Positions 37,218 to 45,978 of a DNA stretch of 64,000 bases are shown piece by piece. A program made the position numbers and the translations under genes. The notes below the pieces were generated by a model. That model made no database searches and was not told where the DNA came from. It saw nothing but the letters and a program-made list of their open reading frames with translations. Every line of letters begins with the position of its first letter. Position 1 is the first letter of the stretch. The DNA comes from a virus: positions 17,364-81,363 of IMG/VR virus record IMGVR_UViG_3300035670_000127; one strand, given 5' to 3'.

Positions 37218-38714
37218 CTAGACAAAAAGGATATAGAACTCGTCGTCTCCTTTGTTGCCAGTGCAAGTGAAATTTAAGTTATAGACTACCAGTTCCTCAC
37301 GGTCTCCTAATTCTGGCATGTCCAACTGAGCATAAGGGATAACCACTTTAAATCGGTTGCCGTGCGTACTCCCAAACAAAGCCTCAATCCTTAACTTGGT
37401 GCCGGCTTTCGCAATTGCGATAGGGTTAAAGTCAGCCAACGAGGAGGGTGCAAGCGGGTCAATTGAACCCGTGGGTTTCCGTCCCGTGATACCGACACTG
37501 GACATACCGTTAGCATCAGATAGGTCCATGTGTTTAGTGACGGTGTTGGCTAATTTCAGTTCCAACTTACTGCACGCCATCAAAGTGGGAGACAAGTCGC
37601 CAATTACGATGGTTGCACCCATAAGAGGGAACGGTAAAATACTAGGTACGGTTGCTGTTGGGGGGCTGGTATCGGTGGGGTCGGTGTAAAGACCTGTCAA
37701 GGCAAAGGAGGCGGTGGCCAATTTACCCACTTCAAAGGTAAACGTCGGGTCGGCTCGCATTCCAGTTGAAATATGCTTCATTAGGTCTCGTACATAATGC
37801 AGTGTCATTGATTCCATTTCACTGCATGAACTGGTTGGCACGTACACAATACCATCAGACGCCGTTGCCACCGTGGCAGAGCCTCCCCCCGCCCCTGTCA
37901 CTGCACCGATTCCAAAGCTCCCCGTGGTAACAACCGTCAAGGTTGCGGCCCCGCCTCCGCCCGTCTTCGCATCCAATAGCGTCCCAGTCACCGCCGCGGT
38001 GCCGGTATAAGTGCCCGCCGTCCACCCTAAAGTGGCGAGTGCGTTAGGACTGCCAGCGGCTAAAATAAAGGTTTGTGTACCTCCTGCCGTGGTTGTGCGA
38101 ATGCCGACGTAATTGGTGCTGGCATACGCCTCCACACCTGTTACGTTCGCCGTGCCCAATTGGGCATTAATTTCAGTGACCACTTCAGCTACATTTGCAC
38201 ATGCACTGTCAAGGGTGACCTCGGTGGCCCCGGCGTTATTCACGTTAATAGAAAAGGTTTGCGACGTGCCACTCCAATCGTGTCCACTAGACAAGTTAAC
38301 CGTGCCGACGTGCGTTGCTTTCGTGGCCGCTTGGGTTATCGTTTCAGTGGTGACCCAGCTTCCTGTACTGCCCGTGCAAGTGAGTAAGTAGGCCGCTTTT
38401 TTCACTAACCCACTGGCTTGCATTAAGTCGTCATAGAAAGGAGCTTGCACCTTGTTACTTTGGTCAACTCCACCTCCTAAAAATTCAACTGCAATCGTAG
38501 AGGTAGCCGACATCGCACCACTGAGTTTGCCAACTGGGGAGAAGTTAGGCATCATCATGGTACGCTCTTGCATATCATTTTCCATTTTAAAGTCGGCACC
38601 GCTATTCACTGGGATAGTGGTATATCCACTTAATGGGTCGACTCCGTATTGGGATTCAAGGACGGTTAACGCTCCTATTTTTTTGGACATCAGTCCACAA
38701 TTTTGAAAGGCCAT
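37218..38714 (-). CDS. major tail tube protein with inserted domain
   Basis: ESQYGVDP, LMQASGL, VYVPTS..SMTLHY, GRKPTGSIDP, HGNRF, GDDE. Confidence 0.85.
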   Translation of the reverse strand: MAFQNCGLMSKKIGALTVLESQYGVDPLSGYTTIPVNSGADFKMENDMQERTMMMPNFSPVGKLSGAMSATSTIAVEFLGGGVDQSNKVQAPFYDDLMQASGLVKKAAYLLTCTGSTGSWVTTETITQAATKATHVGTVNLSSGHDWSGTSQTFSINVNNAGATEVTLDSACANVAEVVTEINAQLGTANVTGVEAYASTNYVGIRTTTAGGTQTFILAAGSPNALATLGWTAGTYTGTAAVTGTLLDAKTGGGGAATLTVVTTGSFGIGAVTGAGGGSATVATASDGIVYVPTSSCSEMESMTLHYVRDLMKHISTGMRADPTFTFEVGKLATASFALTGLYTDPTDTSPPTATVPSILPFPLMGATIVIGDLSPTLMACSKLELKLANTVTKHMDLSDANGMSSVGITGRKPTGSIDPLAPSSLADFNPIAIAKAGTKLRIEALFGSTHGNRFKVVIPYAQLDMPELGDREELVVYNLNFTCTGNKGDDEFYILFV

Positions 38715-38731
38715 GGTTTAATTCCTCAAGG

Positions 38732-39526
38732 TTAAAAAGTCACTGGCTTAGGTCGGTTTCTATAACTACAAATTTGAGAGGTACAAGAGAACTGGTCAAG
38801 CCAGTGATATGAGTCCAGTTCTAAACCGTAAGCCGTCCCGCCGCGGTAGGTTAAGGGCATGGTAGGACGGTCAAATTCAGTGGTAGGGAGTTGCCAGCCC
38901 AGCAGGGAGTCCACTATCTTAGTATGCAATGCCCAAATAATATCCATTGAGTTCACGCCATACTCATCTGTCACATTGTCTGCCACTAACAGGATTCCAA
39001 AATAGTCCTCCACCTGCTGTCGCACTTCATACCCTAACGTCTGATTAGCAGTGGACTGAGTGCGTAATCGCATCACAAAAACCGCTGGTGTGGAGGCCAC
39101 TTGGTCTTCGGTTAGAAGCCCTCTAAAGTCAGTCGTGCCCTCTACTTGAGTCACCTCGTTTTTGAAGTCATCAATGGCGATTTGACCATAGAGGTCTTCC
39201 CTTAGTTTCAACACAATATTACGCCTGGCGGTGGAGGCTAAGGTCTGATTAAAAGTCGGCTGTAACTCTAACGTGCCTGCTAACTCTAAGGAGGGGTTGG
39301 TTAATAAGTTTATGTCACTTATTAACGTCACCTCCCCTGCTAGGGTTTGGGTACTCAATTCATAGTTTTGTGTCTCACCCGTACTAGATTGCCTCCCACT
39401 TGCACGGCGACTGACTATGGGAGTGTCGGTGGCAGACGCGGCACTGGCCGACCTGCTATTGAGGTCGGCTTGTGCAATTGCACCCGCTGTCACAGTCGCG
39501 CTGGAGGTGGAGGTGAAATTAATCAT
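38732..39526 (-). CDS. tail terminator/completion protein (Mu gp37-like)
   Basis: TPAVFV, FGILLV, LLGWQ, WLDQF; position before tube. Confidence 0.7.
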   Translation of the reverse strand: MINFTSTSSATVTAGAIAQADLNSRSASAASATDTPIVSRRASGRQSSTGETQNYELSTQTLAGEVTLISDINLLTNPSLELAGTLELQPTFNQTLASTARRNIVLKLREDLYGQIAIDDFKNEVTQVEGTTDFRGLLTEDQVASTPAVFVMRLRTQSTANQTLGYEVRQQVEDYFGILLVADNVTDEYGVNSMDIIWALHTKIVDSLLGWQLPTTEFDRPTMPLTYRGGTAYGLELDSYHWLDQFSCTSQICSYRNRPKPVTF

Positions 39527-39903
39527 ATCGTGTCGATGTTAATCACTATATCCCCACTGTCAAAAAACAGCGGTTTACCGGGCGTAAGTACCGCGGGGTT
39601 GGTCAGAGGAGCGGCCCATAGAATCTTATCGGCATCGGCGTCCAGGATACCGATATAGGTGATGGTGACCTCGGTAGGGGGGCCTGCGAAAAAGACTGGA
39701 CTATTCACACCCGTACCATCAAACGTAATCACCTTGCGTTCATAACCCACGTAAGACGCTTCCTGACTTGCATTGTTTTCTCTAATTCCGTCGCTTCCTG
39801 TATAGGCCGCTATGTGTAAAGTGGTAGGGAGTGCAAACGCATCTGCCCCTTGAACCAATTTCTTTAATTTATTTGCAGTGTAAGCCGTGAATATGCCTGC
39901 CAT
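39523..39903 (-). CDS. virion structural protein
   Basis: EASYVGYER..ITF..ITYIGILDA; paralog of 39913-40296. Confidence 0.7.
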   Translation of the reverse strand: MAGIFTAYTANKLKKLVQGADAFALPTTLHIAAYTGSDGIRENNASQEASYVGYERKVITFDGTGVNSPVFFAGPPTEVTITYIGILDADADKILWAAPLTNPAVLTPGKPLFFDSGDIVINIDTI

Positions 39904-39912
39904 AATGAAGCC

Positions 39913-40296
39913 CTATATATCTGTCAACTCCAGTGTGATTTTACCAGTCTCATACCAAAGCGGTTGACCTATTAAAGGAGTGACTGGCAGTTCAAAAGGA
40001 ATAGCTATTAAGATTCTATCCACCTCCTCCATCGTGCCTACTAAGGCTTGGTGCGTGATACTCACTTCGGTGGCAAAACCGTCAAAATGAAACGGCTTGC
40101 TTATCATACTTTCGTCAAATAGCACCGGCTGTTTCTGATAGTTGACGTCGGCCACCTCGCCCGTCGGGGTATCTGTCTCAATGCCGTTGCCACTGGTATA
40201 AAGCGCGAGTCTCAAATTGGTGACAGGTGGGAGTGTTTCAATTCCAAGGAGGTGTTTAACTAACCTCTCTTTCATATAATCTGTGATAATTGCCAT
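39913..40296 (-). CDS. virion structural protein
   Basis: LALYT..GEV..NYQKQPV.F; paralog of 39523-39903. Confidence 0.7.
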   Translation of the reverse strand: MAIITDYMKERLVKHLLGIETLPPVTNLRLALYTSGNGIETDTPTGEVADVNYQKQPVLFDESMISKPFHFDGFATEVSITHQALVGTMEEVDRILIAIPFELPVTPLIGQPLWYETGKITLELTDI

Positions 40297-40302
40297 ATTT
40301 TC

Positions 40303-40743
40303 TTATCCTCTCAAACGTAGGAATTTTTCAATGATACGTTGCGCTTCGTCTATGTCATCTTGATTAATGCCTAAATAGGGTCGCGCAGGTAAATTCAGTC
40401 TATGTCCTTTTCCGGTTCGCCCACCGTATTGGTGAATACGTGCATACACTGGAAAATTGCCGACTCCTATTTCAACCTCATCTTTACTCGCTTTATAGTT
40501 AATAGCTTGTCTTAGCATTCCTTTATCCACTAGCGTTTTACCGCCGTCGCGGATGGCGCGTTTTGACTTTAGCCACGGTTTGCCATCGGGGTCGACTCCT
40601 TTGTCAAAACGCATGGCAATCTCTGTCATCATATACTCCCCTATTTCTTTAAAGGGGTAGCTAAGGTCGCGGATGCGTGAATTTAATTCCCGTATTCCTT
40701 TCTCACTTCTATTTGTATCCACTTCTATCTGTAGCGGGACCAT
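40303..40743 (-). CDS. phage virion morphogenesis/tail completion protein (Mu gpG, P2 S-like)
   Basis: RFDKGVDPDGKPW, L..GML, YARIHQYGG, LPARPYLG. Confidence 0.92.
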   Translation of the reverse strand: MVPLQIEVDTNRSEKGIRELNSRIRDLSYPFKEIGEYMMTEIAMRFDKGVDPDGKPWLKSKRAIRDGGKTLVDKGMLRQAINYKASKDEVEIGVGNFPVYARIHQYGGRTGKGHRLNLPARPYLGINQDDIDEAQRIIEKFLRLRG

Positions 40744-41258
40744 GCGATTTTACTTACACTCTGTTTAACTGAAAAAGGAGGAGAAAGGGAAGGGTAGGTT
40801 AGGGTGATGTTAGCTTCCTCTTCTCCTAAACTGAGTCCTCCGCGGTTGCCAGTGGTGATACCGTCTAACCAGCTAATTGAAGTATCGTAGGCCGACTTAA
40901 TCGTGGCACTGGGTTTATGCGCGGCTAGGAGGTAGCGTGCGATAAAATTGGTATGCCGTCTTAATAACTCAAGGTTTGCTGAGAGGAGGTCGTCACTCAA
41001 AGGGACTTGATAGCGGCGTATGAGGTAGGCGTTCACCACACTCTCAGCCGCTGTAATATTCTCCTCTAACCGCGTCAATGCACCCTGCCCTAATTCCAAT
41101 TGTTCATTGGAAAAAGAAGAGGTGTCGCCACCTGTAATGATTGCCCTTAGCACGGCGGCTGGGACTACCTTAATCACCACCGTGTCGATTGGGGAGGCGT
41201 ACTTAGTAAGCCGTTGGACTCCAAATTGTTGCATCATTGCAAGCGGCGACGTGTACAT
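40725..41258 (-). CDS. head-tail connector (Mu gp36/DUF1320)
   Basis: VNAYLIRRYQVPL, IARYLL, Y...ISWL..I. Confidence 0.88.
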   Translation of the reverse strand: MYTSPLAMMQQFGVQRLTKYASPIDTVVIKVVPAAVLRAIITGGDTSSFSNEQLELGQGALTRLEENITAAESVVNAYLIRRYQVPLSDDLLSANLELLRRHTNFIARYLLAAHKPSATIKSAYDTSISWLDGITTGNRGGLSLGEEEANITLTYPSLSPPFSVKQSVSKIAWSRYR

Positions 41259-41270
41259 GGGGTATGCCTC

Positions 41271-42389
41271 TTAAACCGCCTTGATACTAGCGAAGCATTC
41301 GGGCCGCACCATGATGGGCAGAGGTGCCGACTGAATCATTAGCATTTGTGCAGACGGTTCCTCAGTGAACCACGTTTTTGGAAACCGTGACATAGCGTAT
41401 AGGTTATTACGTGGTAAAGTGGGGAGGGTGTTAGGCATACGGGAAGCATTGGTGGTGGCCGTCGGGCTTTGAAAATCTTGAATAGCACCGTAAGCAAAAA
41501 TATTACGGGCGCCGCTAAAACCGATGAAGATTTTATCCGCCGGCATCATGTCACAAGTGTTGCCATTATCATCTTCATAATACTGGTTGTAAGCATACAA
41601 ATTGAGACCACCCATGCCTTTAAGGGTACCTAAAAACTCAGCCCCATTGGCTTGAATGACAGTAGGGTTAATCACGCCTAAGTCCACTCGCAGTGTGTTT
41701 AGAAGGGAGGTGGCATTAGCAGAGATTTTCGGGTGCGACAAAAAGGCATCGCGGACATTTCGACCCATGATAACGAAGTCAGCCGGGCCCATTTTACCGT
41801 CTTGCTGAATAAGGCGTTGCCATGCGGTAAAGAGTGCAATCGGGTCGCTGTTAGAACTGCTAAATAGGTCGTTGCCGGTGAGGATGATTTTGTGGGTCGA
41901 CGGCATCTCGTAGTCTATTATCTCGTTAACACCGTCTCCTCCAATGGTGATAGACCCCGTATCAAGTAACTGGCTAATCATCCATTCCTCACGGCGAGAG
42001 ATACGGTCACTCAGGTCTTGCAGTTCCCAACCCAGTAATTCCATTGCCCGTTGCTGTTGATTAAACGCCCCGCCCGTGGTAAATGGCAGTTCACCTGGTA
42101 GACGGTTAAGAGCATCAATCGCTTGCAGACTCTTTTTCGCCTTGACTAAAGGAGGCCGATAAATTTTGGTGCTAATGGGTAATTTTTCCACATTAGGGGC
42201 GACGGTGTTACTGGCAACAAATGGTGCGAGGCGCCGGCTACCGATAAGCTCATCAATAGCCACCGATAGGGTTTGCGATTGTTGCGTCTCCTTAAACAAA
42301 AAGTCGCGCAAAAAAGTAGAGAGCGGTGGGATAGTTTTAACCGCGCTCAGTAGCGTAATGGGGTTAAGTAATAATTCAGTGACAGTCAT
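41271..42389 (-). CDS. major capsid protein (lambda gpE family)
   Basis: FLRDFLF, LAPFV, RREEWM, YGAI, IQSAPLP. Confidence 0.93.
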   Translation of the reverse strand: MTVTELLLNPITLLSAVKTIPPLSTFLRDFLFKETQQSQTLSVAIDELIGSRRLAPFVASNTVAPNVEKLPISTKIYRPPLVKAKKSLQAIDALNRLPGELPFTTGGAFNQQQRAMELLGWELQDLSDRISRREEWMISQLLDTGSITIGGDGVNEIIDYEMPSTHKIILTGNDLFSSSNSDPIALFTAWQRLIQQDGKMGPADFVIMGRNVRDAFLSHPKISANATSLLNTLRVDLGVINPTVIQANGAEFLGTLKGMGGLNLYAYNQYYEDDNGNTCDMMPADKIFIGFSGARNIFAYGAIQDFQSPTATTNASRMPNTLPTLPRNNLYAMSRFPKTWFTEEPSAQMLMIQSAPLPIMVRPECFASIKAV

Positions 42390-42412
42390 AATTTAGTTCC
42401 TCTCTCGTCTCG

Positions 42413-43057
42413 TTAAGTCGTCTGAAAGGCTACGGCGTGAATGCCTAAAGCCCGTAATGGCCATTTCACAGTACCGAAGGTATGACCCGTTCCGTAGCTA
42501 AGGTCGCGGGCGTTAACCCTCCCTGCTAATAAGACAGGGGCAGTTTGTTCGGCGGAGGTTGCGTCGGTATCTTGCAGTAGGATAGCCACTGGCGTAGCTG
42601 ACCCGTCCACCGCGGCACTGGCTGACAATTTGTAGTTAGAGGCTAGGACTGGTACGGTGATAACGTCATCAGTTGCAAACGCCGTCCCGCCCGCCGTGAT
42701 GGTAAATATCAAGTGGGTCGTGGTCTGCTGGGAGCCGGTGGCAATCGTAGTACTAATCACGTTGCCTAGTGGGTCGGTTAATGTGAATTTAGCAGTGCTT
42801 CCCGACGTAGGTGCCGTGTTGCAAATAAGACCGTACACACCCCCAATCACTTGTGCGCCGAGACTAATCGACCCTATCGTGCCGTTGCCGGTATTGTCAG
42901 CACCGTAAGCAGGAGTGCCAGCGGCGGTGGCGATTCGACCTAGCACTGCACCAGCGGTTAGGTTGCCCGTGGTGATAATGCCCGACTCAGTATGAATAGG
43001 GTAGTTGCCGTCTAGGAGATTGGAAGGTGCTAATTCAACTTTCGTGTATAGGTTCAT
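42413..43057 (-). CDS. head decoration protein (lambda gpD-like) with inserted domain
   Basis: LTAGAVLG, DGSATPVAIL..D.DA, LRALGI. Confidence 0.88.
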   Translation of the reverse strand: MNLYTKVELAPSNLLDGNYPIHTESGIITTGNLTAGAVLGRIATAAGTPAYGADNTGNGTIGSISLGAQVIGGVYGLICNTAPTSGSTAKFTLTDPLGNVISTTIATGSQQTTTHLIFTITAGGTAFATDDVITVPVLASNYKLSASAAVDGSATPVAILLQDTDATSAEQTAPVLLAGRVNARDLSYGTGHTFGTVKWPLRALGIHAVAFQTT

Positions 43058-44271
43058 GGGTGCATTCCTCTATAGGTAGGGGTAAATGCCGTCGGCGGTT
43101 GTCGGTAGCCGGCTGTGATATGTTGCACAACCTCGTTAAATTGTTGTGCGGGGTCGGCGACAGGCATGGCGGTGTAATCGTGCCGACTGTTTTGATATTG
43201 AGTAGGGAGCTTCTCTAAAAGAGACTTAAAGAAATCGACGGGTCTCGCTTCGATCATTTGCCCACTCTCGTTTTGATACGTCACTTTCTTAGCGGCCAAT
43301 TTGGGATTAACCGAAGCGGCGTAGGCAAAAATAGGATTGGGGCTGTCAATTCGTTCTAAGAAGCAAATGAAGTCGGCAATCCCGTCGAGTAGGGCGGGGG
43401 TGACTTTACCGGCGGCTTGCAATTGACTCACGAATAACTGGGCACTGGCAAGCATTGCTTCGGCGGCGGAGGCGACCCCTTGATTTAACAAGAGTTGCCT
43501 TTCGTGCTCACTCATTATCACCATGCCGGGCGGCGGGGTAGCTGGCGCCGGCGGTTTCATGGGTTTGGGCGGGGGAGGTGGACTGGCGTCGGCAACCACT
43601 GGGGGTTGGTCGATTGCCAATTCGTAATTGAGAGGTTCTTTTTCGTTGGCGGCTTGTGGGTCGCCCGTCTTTTTTGGTGGAGTGGCGGCTTCAGAAACAG
43701 TTTTGTCAGGCTGTTTAGTTTCCGTTTCCATTGCCACTTCTTTACCGTCAGGTTGTTTGATAGGCATGGCCATAGTTAATTCTCCTGTCATTAAGGATAA
43801 GGGTTGAGTCGGTGAGGCTTCGGGGGACGGTACGGGGAACTCGTGGGAGCTTATATACCGTTTAAATTGAATCGCGGGTTGCAATTCTATTGCGGGGGGG
43901 ACGGCACCTAGAAAAGCTAGGTGACCTAATTCAAAACCGCGGTCTGTCTGGTCTATCCTGACAGAGCGATTGGGATATTGTTTGTTTTTAAAACTGATTG
44001 CAAATGTTTCTAATACATTTGCTAATTTTGCGTAGAGTCTGTCACCTTCTTTTTTGAGGTGAGAGACCCATCCATAGGCGGGAGAAGCGTCCGAAGTTTG
44101 ATGGCCTAAGACGATTGGAACGGAGAAGGTATTAGGTTGAAAGTTGGCCACTATGTCGTCAAGGTTGCCCTCTGTCCAAGTGGTCTCGTTGCCCTGGCTA
44201 TCAATATGTTTGCCAGCCCTAAAAACCTCCATCCATTCAAACAGCTCAGGCACCGTGTCTTGAATATTCAT
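43054..44271 (-). CDS. prohead protease/scaffold (Mu gpI-like)
   Basis: EVFRAGKH, PIVLGH..PAYGWV, YPNRSV, HLAFLGAVPPA. Confidence 0.9.
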   Translation of the reverse strand: MNIQDTVPELFEWMEVFRAGKHIDSQGNETTWTEGNLDDIVANFQPNTFSVPIVLGHQTSDASPAYGWVSHLKKEGDRLYAKLANVLETFAISFKNKQYPNRSVRIDQTDRGFELGHLAFLGAVPPAIELQPAIQFKRYISSHEFPVPSPEASPTQPLSLMTGELTMAMPIKQPDGKEVAMETETKQPDKTVSEAATPPKKTGDPQAANEKEPLNYELAIDQPPVVADASPPPPPKPMKPPAPATPPPGMVIMSEHERQLLLNQGVASAAEAMLASAQLFVSQLQAAGKVTPALLDGIADFICFLERIDSPNPIFAYAASVNPKLAAKKVTYQNESGQMIEARPVDFFKSLLEKLPTQYQNSRHDYTAMPVADPAQQFNEVVQHITAGYRQPPTAFTPTYRGMHP

Positions 44272-44358
44272 TCGGTGTGCCTTTTAGCTTGCTTTAATAC
44301 TATATTATATAGTGTGATAGGTTTTTTTCACTTTGTCAATAGGTAGTGAAAAAATATT

Positions 44359-45384
44359 TTACAAGAGGCGATATTGTTTTGGTGACGGGGTTTCGTTTGA
44401 GGTCACGTCGGTCTCACTGGCATCGTCAACGGTGCCCGTTGCTATCCTTTGACGGGCAATTTCAAAGTAACCTGGGTCTAATTCTATCCCAATGAAGTCG
44501 CGACCTAAATTTTGACAGGCCAAGCCCGTGGTGCCACTGCCCATGAAGGGGTCTATGATGACCTCGCCCGGCTTTGTAGTCAAGTCGGCTAACCATTCCA
44601 TTAATTTGATAGGTTTAACCGTCGGGTGTTTGATATTGTACTCGCCTTTGCCTTCGCCGGAGGGGTCGTAGCCGACTAGATTGTGTGGCAGAAATGAAAC
44701 AAGGTTTTGAGGTGGCTTACCCATTACAACTGCACCCAAAACAATAGTATTTGCTGGCACTCTTTTCATTCGTCGTTGTTTGTTGAAACTTGCATTTTGT
44801 TCATTGTTGCGTGAAAAATCCTCAATTAAAAATTGTTTAATAGATGTATTATTTTGCTTTGCTTCTAAATAACGAAGTGCCTCCTCATATTTCATTTTGT
44901 CACGATAGGGAGTTATCACTTTATTAAAAGCCCCTTTAATACCGCTAAGGTTCGTAATATCCGCCATGCTTTCAATAAAATCAAGATAGGGTATCCTAGT
45001 CTCGTTAAATCGCTTGTTATCCCCCTTGCACACTATCATTATATTCTCATACACTCTCCCCATGTCCCCCATTGGGGATGACCGGAACCGCTTATACCAT
45101 ATCACCTCATTCTTATACCTAAAGAGCTTAAACGCTTCGGTATTCCAGAGGGTGAGGGTGGGCTGACGCCCAAAGTAAATAAGGAAGCAATTCGGCTTCA
45201 GAATACGGTAGCACTCTTGAAGGAAGCGGGGTATGTCAATGCCTGTCTCGATTTTATGTTTCAAAATACCGTAGGGCGGGTCCGTCACCACCGCGTCCAC
45301 TGACTCATCGGGCAGTGACTTCAAAACTTCAAAGCAATCCCCACGGTAAAGTGTAGATTGCTTAACTTGATATTTGTCTGTCAT
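44359..45384 (-). CDS. DNA methyltransferase (N6A/N4C, beta class)
   Basis: TDPPY, HPTVKP, DPFMGSGTTG, GIELD. Confidence 0.95.
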   Translation of the reverse strand: MTDKYQVKQSTLYRGDCFEVLKSLPDESVDAVVTDPPYGILKHKIETGIDIPRFLQECYRILKPNCFLIYFGRQPTLTLWNTEAFKLFRYKNEVIWYKRFRSSPMGDMGRVYENIMIVCKGDNKRFNETRIPYLDFIESMADITNLSGIKGAFNKVITPYRDKMKYEEALRYLEAKQNNTSIKQFLIEDFSRNNEQNASFNKQRRMKRVPANTIVLGAVVMGKPPQNLVSFLPHNLVGYDPSGEGKGEYNIKHPTVKPIKLMEWLADLTTKPGEVIIDPFMGSGTTGLACQNLGRDFIGIELDPGYFEIARQRIATGTVDDASETDVTSNETPSPKQYRLL

Positions 45385-45914
45385 TCAGACTCCTCTTTCA
45401 AATTCTTTTCTAACAGCCGGCCTAGTAACCATAGCAGGTCGGCCAACCTATTCAAGTACACAGGCACGTATGGATTAACATACTCTCCTGTTTCTTTTAA
45501 TGCAACCACATTGCACTCTGCACGGCGGCAAATGGTACGGGCGACTTCTAAAACAGCAACGTCTAGTCTATCGCCAGGCACTGACCATTCATAGCGTACC
45601 CCTTGAGATTCAATAGCGGCGACGTGTTTATCAAGGGACTGGACTATCTCTAGCCCGACCTTTTCTTGAATACTTGTGCCTTCAATAGGGGTTGCCAGTG
45701 AGGCGCCTAAGTTGAATAAATCATATTGCACCATCTTAATGATACATGCAACTTTTTTATCACTGCAAAGCGCACGGGCGACTCCCAGCTGGGCGACTAA
45801 TTCGTCAAGGCTACCCATTGCAATAATCCGTGGGGAGGCTTTAGAAACCCGTCCCTCTGCTATCAATCCAGTCAGGCCGTCGTCGCCTTTTCTAGTCACA
45901 ATCGATTTTGGCAT
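45381..45914 (-). CDS. pduO: PduO-type ATP:cob(I)alamin adenosyltransferase
   Basis: TRKGDDGLTGL..RVSK, GSLDEL, Q..LF.LG..LA, ARTICRRAE, YLNRLADLLW. Confidence 0.92.
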   Translation of the reverse strand: MPKSIVTRKGDDGLTGLIAEGRVSKASPRIIAMGSLDELVAQLGVARALCSDKKVACIIKMVQYDLFNLGASLATPIEGTSIQEKVGLEIVQSLDKHVAAIESQGVRYEWSVPGDRLDVAVLEVARTICRRAECNVVALKETGEYVNPYVPVYLNRLADLLWLLGRLLEKNLKEESE

Positions 45915-45978
45915 AATTGATTCCTTATGGCAATACCTATTCTCTTAGGGTTTGGAAAATAGGTATTGTCTCTCACTG

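Noticed and set aside
31487-44271. Transposable Mu-like prophage
   Set aside because: No MuA/MuB, Mu repressor or host flanks seen; replication and partition genes indicate another lifestyle
44267-44282. AGGCACACCGAATGAA match to the variant sigma54 motif
   Set aside because: Overlaps the protease start codon; likely chance
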